Source: a virus. Taken from it: 64,000 bases of DNA. The translations under genes were made by a program, and so were the position numbers. Below the pieces are notes generated by a model, which was not told the DNA's origin, made no database searches, and saw only the letters and a program-made list of their open reading frames with translations. The stretch covers positions 60,637 through 124,636 of the IMG/VR virus record IMGVR_UViG_3300027498_000003; one strand, written 5' to 3'. Positions 18,801 through 26,894 of the stretch are shown here, piece by piece (position 1 is the stretch's first letter; each line of letters opens with the position of its first letter).

Positions 18801-21142
18801 TCTACAGTTTCTCTATAACATTCCCCTTGCCCATCTCCATATACCACTATAGCTGACGCAGATGTTAGAGTTCTCGGTATTGTGTATTGGGAGTTATAGA
18901 TATCTGTATTATTATAGAATACATTTATAACCCCGTTACCGCCTGTAGAGTTGATAACTCTCTCCCCTCCTGCACATTCTGCAACTATCTGAGGTTTATC
19001 TAATGAAGCCTCTAAAGACATATCATAAGTACATCCTATATCCCCAGTATTAACGCAATTCATTTCTACAGTTACCGAAGTTATAGGTTCGGTATAAGTT
19101 AAATTATCATCATAAGGAAGTTGGTCCCTCATAGATAGATTAGACAGTATTGCCGTTCCATTTAGTTTAATGTTAAATGTATTCGCATCATTAACATCGC
19201 ATGAATCAGGTATCTGTACTCTTATTTCTGTATTACAGATGTTTAGGGATTCGGCGGTCGACTCTTCTATTGATTTACAGAATACAACATCTTCGGTTGC
19301 ATTACCTTCTCCGCAGCAACAAACTGTAGCTTTATAGGTATGGCATGATTCCAGTCTACCTAATTGATCTCCTAATATTTTACGTTGTAGGTTTTCATCT
19401 TCTAATCCCCCGCCATCTACGCCTTTGAGTACGTGCTCATTTAGATCTGTATATACTCTGATGAAGTCTCCTAAGTCATCTCTATTCCATTCTACAATAG
19501 CATTTCCGCAATCTGAGGAGTTTATAGTATTTGTCTGTACATCTATTTGATTGATGTCAGTTACACGGTAGCTGTAGTACTCTGCTCCGTTATCGCCGCC
19601 CCACGTACAGTTAGAATTACTGTTTTCAGTAGGTTTAAGGATGATATCTACTCTTGCTTCTATATTATTTCCTCCTACTACTGGCCCTAAATTAATAGGA
19701 ACCCCATTGATATCTAAAACATCGGAGCCGTTAAATGATGCTCCTGGGTATTCTATAGATTTAGTAACTACTGTTCGAGTTCTCGTCTGCCCGCCGCCTA
19801 AATCGATAACTATCTCTTGTAGATAAGAAACTCTAGCACAAACACTGCCTGATGTAGGTATCTCCTGATCGTTACCAACAACTTTATTGTCTTGTCGCTC
19901 GTCAGAGAGATTGCTACCGTTTTTCTTGAACTGCAGACTGAAGTCTACGTTATTTCCAGATATTGTGGGTGTGATCGTTGCCTCAAGAGCTGGGCATGGG
20001 CAACAGTCGTTTGCCCAAGAAGCCTTGAGATCGCAGTTGTTTCCATCTTCTATCTTTTCTAATGTAACAGATGTGTCACAAGGTTCGCCGTCGTCTACGC
20101 ATTGCCCATCTACACATACTTGACCTACTGGGCATACAATACCTGCACACGGGTCAGGTACACATTGACCTACGTCGTTGCAAATGCATTCTCGGGAGTT
20201 AGCTCCTCCGCAGGCAGACGCTCCCTCTTCTACACAGCTAAAATCTGAGCAATTCTTACAGTAGCATTGCAGAGCGTTTGCTTCGGCACAAACAGCTCCC
20301 GCTTCACTGCATCCTCCTGTCTGGCAATCACATTCTTCTCTACATCCTAATCCATCAATACAAATCCTTCCTGCTCCGCAATCTACGGGCACTATTGTAC
20401 CATAGCCGGTACAAGAATCTATATTTTGGCAACTTTCGCAGGTTGATAACGGTGTAGACCCATTACAAGATCCTATGGGAATAGGTACACATTCCCCTGT
20501 ACAAGTATCTAATGTGTAACCGTCACAGCACACGCATTTGTTACCTTCACACTTTCTGCATCCTTTAGTCTGATCACAATGTCCATCTAAAGTACATTCT
20601 ACACAGGCTTCTGTTTCTGGATCGCACTGACTGTCTGGGCATTTAGGTAGGCATGTCCCTCCTACGCAATCATAGCACGGCGGGCATGGATTATCATTAT
20701 CACAATCTACGCAGCAATCTCCGTTAGGGATTCTTCCTGTAGGACATACACAATTACCATTTCTACAGATTTGATCGCAAGGACATGGAGTATTATCATC
20801 GCACTCCGCACATTGACCATTAAAGCAGGCTTGGTCTGGGCATAAGTCTACACATACACCTCCTATACAATCTTGGCATGGCCCACATTCGCCTTTATCG
20901 CTACAAAGACATATGGTTTGAATATCTCTACATGTTTCGCAGCCTGCGTCATTGCATACTACATCAAAGTCGAAACAAGTCTGGCCCTCCAATTCTGGGT
21001 GTAGTTGTATTGTATATAGATCTCCATCAATGCAGTTTATGGCCACATTAGTGTAGCCTCTTAGTTTAACATCCAGATTCTTGCACGTACTGCCATCCGG
21101 TCTTGTGGCGCTAATTCTAAATTGCTTTTTAAGGAGACTCAT
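15818..21142 (-). CDS. Giant cysteine-rich putative tail fibre/appendage protein, 1774 aa
   Basis: 68 Cys in the first ~385 aa by hand count, C-x2-C-x3-6-C repeats alternating with Ig/PKD-like beta blocks (YSWST, YLWEY...TTQSI), no signal peptide, tail-module location. Confidence 0.6.
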   Translation of the reverse strand: MSLLKKQFRISATRPDGSTCKNLDVKLRGYTNVAINCIDGDLYTIQLHPELEGQTCFDFDVVCNDAGCETCRDIQTICLCSDKGECGPCQDCIGGVCVDLCPDQACFNGQCAECDDNTPCPCDQICRNGNCVCPTGRIPNGDCCVDCDNDNPCPPCYDCVGGTCLPKCPDSQCDPETEACVECTLDGHCDQTKGCRKCEGNKCVCCDGYTLDTCTGECVPIPIGSCNGSTPLSTCESCQNIDSCTGYGTIVPVDCGAGRICIDGLGCREECDCQTGGCSEAGAVCAEANALQCYCKNCSDFSCVEEGASACGGANSRECICNDVGQCVPDPCAGIVCPVGQVCVDGQCVDDGEPCDTSVTLEKIEDGNNCDLKASWANDCCPCPALEATITPTISGNNVDFSLQFKKNGSNLSDERQDNKVVGNDQEIPTSGSVCARVSYLQEIVIDLGGGQTRTRTVVTKSIEYPGASFNGSDVLDINGVPINLGPVVGGNNIEARVDIILKPTENSNSNCTWGGDNGAEYYSYRVTDINQIDVQTNTINSSDCGNAIVEWNRDDLGDFIRVYTDLNEHVLKGVDGGGLEDENLQRKILGDQLGRLESCHTYKATVCCCGEGNATEDVVFCKSIEESTAESLNICNTEIRVQIPDSCDVNDANTFNIKLNGTAILSNLSMRDQLPYDDNLTYTEPITSVTVEMNCVNTGDIGCTYDMSLEASLDKPQIVAECAGGERVINSTGGNGVINVFYNNTDIYNSQYTIPRTLTSASAIVVYGDGQGECYRETVDFGLPSTASCCDISATFAFTEPASDCTKGIAGSVYSIRSYEVSVSGGTLPITYAVFDPQSNQAFPFVRNSRTRKFNVSLPAATTSIPWKVTDANGCEFSGIATGNCDIADDPIIPTTDCPNGIDNGDPCTVTSGDAGFYVNCECIVTDIPDTCGPAVLETTTENCLRCRKRVCQNDQDVVIVDLGCDPIGPDCGNVTCNGSEVQAPNGCGNCCEDIPDPCNFILCSSINTNNYCGTQNVTCCDANGNQTTAQIVGTKSTGCETGNNTCELTDTSINVTSSNLPNSSINVTATWGVNFQILDSSNSVVGTSSASNLPAGNYTIIVDNGEFCTTTDEVTILPEPLNCTGCTQPNSDGTSCNDYVTCAQNPTGSVLGTDCSACNTFYGVNETYTQSGCYCEIKDTQAECDPNNCSNELELSYTANITSDKNVAFRTQNLIAKATGVCTSLSIPPQTFNCADVGQSFTIPVSVNGLAANCSVTVTVTDTNDYCSSAPSFGCIQGQNGPECSQQFNSLADCQESTATDCKEGSCPECASTDCNLDDAKISGPDQACFDGNGSIILSVAHSGVVTSYSWSTSSGGTISGATNQQSITATSDGNYIVTITNDNIQGCGKKLFVTVSEFCNSDCPDFMGVGVTQSPTPICTNNNETATLTATSGYNYLWEYNGNTFTTQSITTNPSANIYSVTFIDPNNSDCKFKVSNVVVRDCDTGGDPTGACCRGESCTEGVTQADCLQTINGTAGVYQGDNSTCSPNPCSQNCSGACGPSNAPSPSGVACGSTTFSTDSNSECVDDSGNPCWTVVGTGCAAGSTCNGTTCVVDDPCGNSPVCDSTSSNAPCCCEDEGGAKILRTATCPSGQSLNAECTCVGSIGSLNDTCQDISTAFSGSSGSISQTFTASGNGTLSLSFDTTGTPDSITISVNGGTPITSGCISSDGIGTLCTANCGILEFDYPPAGVFTTTLSVNAGDTVSISISGGCTGCQECNTNTFWSLSASCS

Positions 21143-22001
21143 TGTCTAATATCTTTTTTGCGTTAAGAGGTGCTTTATCCTCTATAATGACATCTAATCC
21201 TAATTTCCCCTGCGATAAAGATATACCGTGTTGGTATACAATGTTTAAAGCCGCCGTAGTTAGCCCCGTATCCAGGCACTCGGCGACTATCTTTAATTCA
21301 TCACTGCTTACTTCACTAACAATCGCATTCAATATTAGATTCTTTTTTTCTTCTGAAAATTCTATTTTGAGCTTTACCGACTCATCTTTGTGTTCTACAG
21401 AATTTATATTAAGTCTTATCGGATTCTCTGTTTTAGTAATGTCTTCTGCGTGTATAGACAGGCTTGATAAGGGTATTTCCTCTGTTGCTATATCTACTAT
21501 TAGTTTGTTAGGTAGGCTTTTTATAGCCTCGAAGTTTACGTTTATCCCGGCGCAGAAGTCTATTAGGCACTTTTCCCATACTTCATATGCGAAACAATTT
21601 GGGTTAGCTAATTTCCAAATCTCTCTATTGGATTCATCTTTTTCGCAGAGCTCATACTGACCTTGGCATCCCATAGATGCAAGTTTTATCTTCTCTCTCA
21701 GCTTAGTTAGGTCTTCACACTTTAAGCAGGGCTGATACCCCTGTGATAGTTTGTCTTTCTCATCCTCTAGTACTTCTAAATAAGTGCACAGATCTTCTAC
21801 GTCTTTGTCTATAGTAGAGCTACATTCGTGCCCCCAGCTATCCCTTCTTAGTTTCTGCTCGGACAATATAGACAGTTTATTGTATCCTGCTTGTAGATCC
21901 TTTGAAATGCCAAAAGTGCTGCAACATTTAGAGTTGTCAGCACATTGGTTAGCACTCTCTGAGCATGCGGTATGTTGTATGCCTTTCTTTAACATCCGCA
22001 T
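21129..22001 (-). CDS. Putative tail hub-like protein, 290 aa
   Basis: Helical Cys-containing N-terminus (YNKL...K...WGHEC...LCTYL) reminiscent of crAss-like hub proteins; beta-repeat C-terminus. Confidence 0.35.
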   Translation of the reverse strand: MRMLKKGIQHTACSESANQCADNSKCCSTFGISKDLQAGYNKLSILSEQKLRRDSWGHECSSTIDKDVEDLCTYLEVLEDEKDKLSQGYQPCLKCEDLTKLREKIKLASMGCQGQYELCEKDESNREIWKLANPNCFAYEVWEKCLIDFCAGINVNFEAIKSLPNKLIVDIATEEIPLSSLSIHAEDITKTENPIRLNINSVEHKDESVKLKIEFSEEKKNLILNAIVSEVSSDELKIVAECLDTGLTTAALNIVYQHGISLSQGKLGLDVIIEDKAPLNAKKILDNESP

Positions 22002-25000
22002 GCGTCTTTATCTGCTTGAGTTATTGTGAACGATGCCGATCCTGTATCGCTGCCGCAACTTGAATTAACAGTAACTGAAGCTGTGGCTACTTGGTTTAGG
22101 GATGCTGAACATATGTTTAGTAAATTTGCCTGCAATGTAGAGAATCCGCAAGAGGTAGTTCCCGAAGAAGATCCAGTTGATCCTGACGCATCGGTAAAAG
22201 AGCCTGTCCACCCTATATTGTTGTCACTACAGCAGTCACATGAAACTTCGCCCTCTGCCAATAAATTACATCCTGAAAGAGTTATACTCACATTGGATGT
22301 TACACTTCCTGAATTTGTCCCATCAACCATATTTCCACAATCATCATCACACGTATTTCCTATACAAGTTGATGCTGCACAATTATTAGGGGTGCAACAT
22401 GCTGGATCATTAGCGTTAAGTTTGTTTATAGTAACACTATCTTGGCTACCAGAAGCCCCCGGGCAATCTGGATCATAAGTCATAACTAATGTTCCAGAAC
22501 TGCCACTTATGTCATTATGACTTACTGATTCTGAAGGTCCTGTTCCGATTTGTACTCCGTCTAACGTCCACGTAATACTTCCTGGACAATTGGATACGGA
22601 AGCGCTTGATAGTGCGTAGAGACTTGAGTCTCCCGGACAAAGAGCCGAGCTTCCTCCTCCAATACTTGCTGTACAATTTGCTGATCCACCACATACTCCG
22701 CAATCATCAGTTACGCAACATGACGGGTCATCTGAATCTAATTTACTAATCGTTATACTATCTTGGCTACCAGAAGCCCCCGGGCAATCTGGATCATAAG
22801 TCATAACTAATGTTCCAGAACTGCCACTTATGTCATTATGACTTACTGATTCTGAAGGTCCTGTTCCGATTTGTACTCCGTCTAACGTCCACGTAATACT
22901 TCCTGGACAATTGGATACGGAAGCGCTTGATAGTGCGTAGAGACTTGAGTCTCCCGGACAAAGAGCCGAGCTTCCTCCTCCAATACTTGCTGTACAATTT
23001 GCTGATCCACCACATACTCCGCAATCATCTGAAGTTGGACCTTCGCAATTTCCGTTTGACGAATTACAACTTTGACAAGGATCTGCGCATGTTACAACAT
23101 CTCCATTACCACACGGTCCGCATATACTTCCGTCTGAACCTATTAGCTGAGTGGTTCCTGTAATACATGCATTATTGCTGCCACAGGGTTCAGTCGTAGC
23201 ACATGTACAATATTCACAACTATTATCACTGCAATCAAAAATCCCTCCATTACAAGCTACATTATCTGTACATCCAAATGTTAACTCGTCAGGCGTGGTT
23301 ATTGAATTGGTTGACCCCGATATTGTACTATCGTTATCACAAGTACATCTTGTCTGTATTGTTAAATTATCTGAATATGTTGGAGGAGTCGCAGTCCAGT
23401 TTACGGCATCTACGCTATATTGTATTGTAGTTTCTGCTTGACAACCAGATGTTACATTTACTGAACCTGTATTATTAGTACAAGTCGGTATTGTTATATC
23501 AGCAACAGGGGCTTGGGCTATCGTTTCTGGGCATTTTGGTTCACATGACTCTATAGTAAACATTTCTTTCACTACTTCACATGTCACCTCTGGGTCTATG
23601 TACCTAACACACGCATCGTATGCTCCTGCCGCATCTATTACTGTTTGGTTATTAGAACTGAATGTTATGTTATCAAAGCTATATTCTACATCTGTGCCTT
23701 GTGTAATATTTATAGTAATAGTTCTATTATCTCCGTCTTCTAAACATTCTGCCGCACCGTCTATAGTAAACTCAATATTTGGTAAACAGCTTCCGTCATC
23801 ACAATTTGCTTCTGGATTAAAGTTACAGGCAGTGCTGTCTGTGCACCCCTCTACTCTCAAGAATCCTTCTACTATTCCCGTACAATCTCCTGCGGAATAT
23901 ATTATAGTACCATCTGATTCTATATTAACAGTATTTGATCCCGATTGACCCCCTGCTAAATTAAATACTACCCCACCTACAGTTATTGGAGCCGAATTCG
24001 ATCCCAAGTACATGCTGTTTGTAACAGTAGCTGAAATTGTATTCGGATCTCCATCGCAATCTAATGTGCTTTCATCCACTTCTATGTTCAAACAACTACA
24101 AGTATCATATACTAACTCTTCTGATCTACAGCAAGGGCTTCCGTTAAGATTACCCGATTGTACATGAACAGATAATGTATCTCCTAATATTACGTTATTT
24201 CCCGCCGAATTCTCTGAATTATAATCCGAATCAGCATTAGTCCAAATAGATTCTGACGATCCATTATACGTCCATATCCATTCGATATTCTCTAAATTAG
24301 CTGTGTCTGGGGATGTTAACAATACAGAAGTTGATCCCGTGGGGTTTACGTCTATTGAATAGGTACATCCTCCTTTCAGTATTATATCTCCTGATAAGTT
24401 GTAAGGATTACCAGAGCTATGATCTGGTGCTGTTGTAGGTATTGTCGTACTTTCTATTTCCCCGCAACCCGGATTTACGTCTACCACACAATTGAAATAG
24501 TTTACGCTTGTAACATTTCCAAACTCATCCGTAACCAATTCTGTCTGACAAGAAACGTTCACCCCTACTGTAGGGCACGGTTCATCGTCTGGTGTATTTG
24601 CAAATGGCGCATCTCCGCATTCAGTTAAGGTTATTTCTTTTTGACAAGGATCGCCGGGTTCCCCTGAGTTGTCTGTATTCTGACATCCTGAAGGTGTACA
24701 AACTTCCCCTGTTGGGCAGCCACTTGTAGAGCAATCTGGCGTACAGCTACATATTCCTCCTGAACATTCTGGTGTAAAATTATCTGAACAAGTTAGGTTA
24801 CTGCAATCAACTCCGTCGCAAGGATCGGGAGCTGATATGGGTTCGCATTGGCACGTTTTGTCTTCTTGACATACGCAGCTCTCCCCTTCTGGACAATTTG
24901 TACAATCTGTCGATGTACATGGATTTGTATCGCAATCTGGTAAACACTTACATCCTTCTTCAGAACATCTGCAAGATTCTCCTTCTGCACATTCGTCGCA

Positions 25001-25465
25001 GTCTGTTGGTAAGCATCCTGTGGGTGGGCAATCAGTAAATACGCAAATACAGGTATCATTCCCTCCGCATTCGCATTTTCCATCGCAGTTTACACAATCT
25101 TCTGGATTACATATTCCCTCATTACAAGGTGTCTCTATACATGCACATGTACCACCTACACATACTTTCTGTCCTTGGCAATCTAATAATTCATTTGTAC
25201 AATCCACTCCCTCACATAACGGATCAGGGAGGCACTTGCAATCTCCTAATAAACATCCGCATATTTCCCCCACAGCACACCCTGTGCATTGCCCTGAGCA
25301 GTCTATCCCTTCGCAAGGATCAGTTACTTCATTACAATCACAGCATATTTCTAAGTTACTTAAATCTCCTATATACTCCGTACCCTGTAAGTCATAAAAC
25401 TTACAGTCATTTCCTAAAACGTAAATTGTTTTTACGTCATTGTCATTTTTACAGAATGTCTTCAT
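21989..25465 (-). CDS. Cysteine-rich putative fibre/appendage protein with an internal 107-aa duplication, 1158 aa
   Basis: Tandem DPC/DC-x4-C-x4-5-C repeats, a GCTD..ACN...A.CDDGSC motif and a duplicated Ig-like unit. Confidence 0.6.
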   Translation of the reverse strand: MKTFCKNDNDVKTIYVLGNDCKFYDLQGTEYIGDLSNLEICCDCNEVTDPCEGIDCSGQCTGCAVGEICGCLLGDCKCLPDPLCEGVDCTNELLDCQGQKVCVGGTCACIETPCNEGICNPEDCVNCDGKCECGGNDTCICVFTDCPPTGCLPTDCDECAEGESCRCSEEGCKCLPDCDTNPCTSTDCTNCPEGESCVCQEDKTCQCEPISAPDPCDGVDCSNLTCSDNFTPECSGGICSCTPDCSTSGCPTGEVCTPSGCQNTDNSGEPGDPCQKEITLTECGDAPFANTPDDEPCPTVGVNVSCQTELVTDEFGNVTSVNYFNCVVDVNPGCGEIESTTIPTTAPDHSSGNPYNLSGDIILKGGCTYSIDVNPTGSTSVLLTSPDTANLENIEWIWTYNGSSESIWTNADSDYNSENSAGNNVILGDTLSVHVQSGNLNGSPCCRSEELVYDTCSCLNIEVDESTLDCDGDPNTISATVTNSMYLGSNSAPITVGGVVFNLAGGQSGSNTVNIESDGTIIYSAGDCTGIVEGFLRVEGCTDSTACNFNPEANCDDGSCLPNIEFTIDGAAECLEDGDNRTITINITQGTDVEYSFDNITFSSNNQTVIDAAGAYDACVRYIDPEVTCEVVKEMFTIESCEPKCPETIAQAPVADITIPTCTNNTGSVNVTSGCQAETTIQYSVDAVNWTATPPTYSDNLTIQTRCTCDNDSTISGSTNSITTPDELTFGCTDNVACNGGIFDCSDNSCEYCTCATTEPCGSNNACITGTTQLIGSDGSICGPCGNGDVVTCADPCQSCNSSNGNCEGPTSDDCGVCGGSANCTASIGGGSSALCPGDSSLYALSSASVSNCPGSITWTLDGVQIGTGPSESVSHNDISGSSGTLVMTYDPDCPGASGSQDSITISKLDSDDPSCCVTDDCGVCGGSANCTASIGGGSSALCPGDSSLYALSSASVSNCPGSITWTLDGVQIGTGPSESVSHNDISGSSGTLVMTYDPDCPGASGSQDSVTINKLNANDPACCTPNNCAASTCIGNTCDDDCGNMVDGTNSGSVTSNVSITLSGCNLLAEGEVSCDCCSDNNIGWTGSFTDASGSTGSSSGTTSCGFSTLQANLLNICSASLNQVATASVTVNSSCGSDTGSASFTITQADKDACGC
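22436..23029. repeat. Intragenic direct repeat: 273-bp identical copies at 22436-22708 and 22757-23029 (period 321 bp)
   Basis: Base-by-base comparison; the identical 62-aa shadow ORFs at 22515 and 22836 agree. Confidence 0.95.
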
Positions 25466-25471
25466 ATATTG

Positions 25472-26884
25472 TTATTCGCAACAAGGCGTCAAGAATAGTC
25501 TATAGTTATTATTGAAATTTGGTGTATTTGTGGTGTATATCTCTACTGAGGTGGCAGGGGCATCGGATAACCACCTTGGATTTACACCATTCGTTGCTTG
25601 GTCAACACCGTCACTCGTGGGCGGAGCTGTAACTTGGTAGTTTGGATGTGAACTTGTATCAGTATACCCCGCCTTTAGGGATCCTCCAACATAAGAATAT
25701 GTTACACCATCTAAAGAAGTAAATCCGTCTATACCTGATTCAGATATATTCTTACCATGCTGCACTGTTATTTTAACTGGTTGAGTGCCTGATACCGTCC
25801 ATGTAGTTGACGCCGAGTCACTGGTAGTTAACGCTGCGTCGCTGTTATTTTGTGTATTTACATCATTAGAAGAGATCGTGACGCTGCCTGACGGTAAGCC
25901 CCATAAAGCAGAAACATCCTCGCTAACAGCCTTCCCTACTTCTCCCCCTTGTAAATCAAAAAGAGTAGCAACTACTTCGGCTTCTACACCGCAGAAGCTA
26001 CAATCCTTAGTTCCTTTCCCACAAGTCACCTCTGGGCAACCGCTATCTGGAATAGGATCGTCTGGGCAATATGTATCTGTATCTGGGCAATTTGGTGTAC
26101 AGCTATTGTCTAAAGTACCATCACAGGTGCCTCCGCATTTATCTGGACAGGTCATACCTATTAGCGTAGTTGCAGCGCAGCTACAATCAGGCTCACAAGG
26201 CTCCCCTATGCAACAACATACTCCTAACCCTGTAGCATCTCCTGTATAAGGAGTTCCATCTAAGTTACTGTAAGTAGCATTGTTTTGGCAATCTAATTTC
26301 CATATGACTTTAGCTTTTTCCGCATCTCCGTCTACACATAGTATATCTGTTGCTATAGATGGTAATTTGTAGATATCTCCTTTTCCGTCGCATAATTCAC
26401 AATCCCCTAATGTAATACTATCACAGGGATGAATATAGTTAGGTACGCACTCCCCTTCGCCATCGCATGTCTCATTTGGTCCGCAATTAGCTGTCTCACA
26501 CGGGTGAGAGTACTGTGTTACTGTATTAGTTACTTGGCCAGTTGTATCGTTGCAATTTGTAGTAACCCCCTCCCCTATAGTTATGTCTTTATAAGATAAG
26601 TCTTTGATCCATGTATCATTATAACAATCGTATGTCCATGTAACTATTACATCTAAATATTCCTCTACTATCTCCCCGCCGTGGGCAATTCCTACTACTG
26701 CTTCGTCGAAACAATCTTCTACTGTAGGAATATTCGCAGGAGCTAATAACATATCATCAAAAGCTGCGCACTGGAAGTTCCTGTGCATATAGGATTGCTT
26801 AGATAGTATCTTACCATCTTTCCTGTATGAGTCGCAGATACTGAAGTTGTCCTGCGTTAAGCGTGTTGGTTTATTACAATCCAT
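25472..26884 (-). CDS. Cysteine-rich putative fibre protein with a C-terminal beta domain, 470 aa
   Basis: Cys-repeat middle section, Cys-poor beta-rich C-terminal ~170 aa (possible receptor-binding tip), tail-module location. Confidence 0.5.
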   Translation of the reverse strand: MDCNKPTRLTQDNFSICDSYRKDGKILSKQSYMHRNFQCAAFDDMLLAPANIPTVEDCFDEAVVGIAHGGEIVEEYLDVIVTWTYDCYNDTWIKDLSYKDITIGEGVTTNCNDTTGQVTNTVTQYSHPCETANCGPNETCDGEGECVPNYIHPCDSITLGDCELCDGKGDIYKLPSIATDILCVDGDAEKAKVIWKLDCQNNATYSNLDGTPYTGDATGLGVCCCIGEPCEPDCSCAATTLIGMTCPDKCGGTCDGTLDNSCTPNCPDTDTYCPDDPIPDSGCPEVTCGKGTKDCSFCGVEAEVVATLFDLQGGEVGKAVSEDVSALWGLPSGSVTISSNDVNTQNNSDAALTTSDSASTTWTVSGTQPVKITVQHGKNISESGIDGFTSLDGVTYSYVGGSLKAGYTDTSSHPNYQVTAPPTSDGVDQATNGVNPRWLSDAPATSVEIYTTNTPNFNNNYRLFLTPCCE

Positions 26885-26894
26885 TATTTACTTA

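Noticed and set aside
22388-23029. Diversity-generating retroelement TR/VR pair
   Set aside because: Differences between the copies are not adenine-specific on either strand, both copies are in frame in one gene, and no reverse transcriptase is present in the window.
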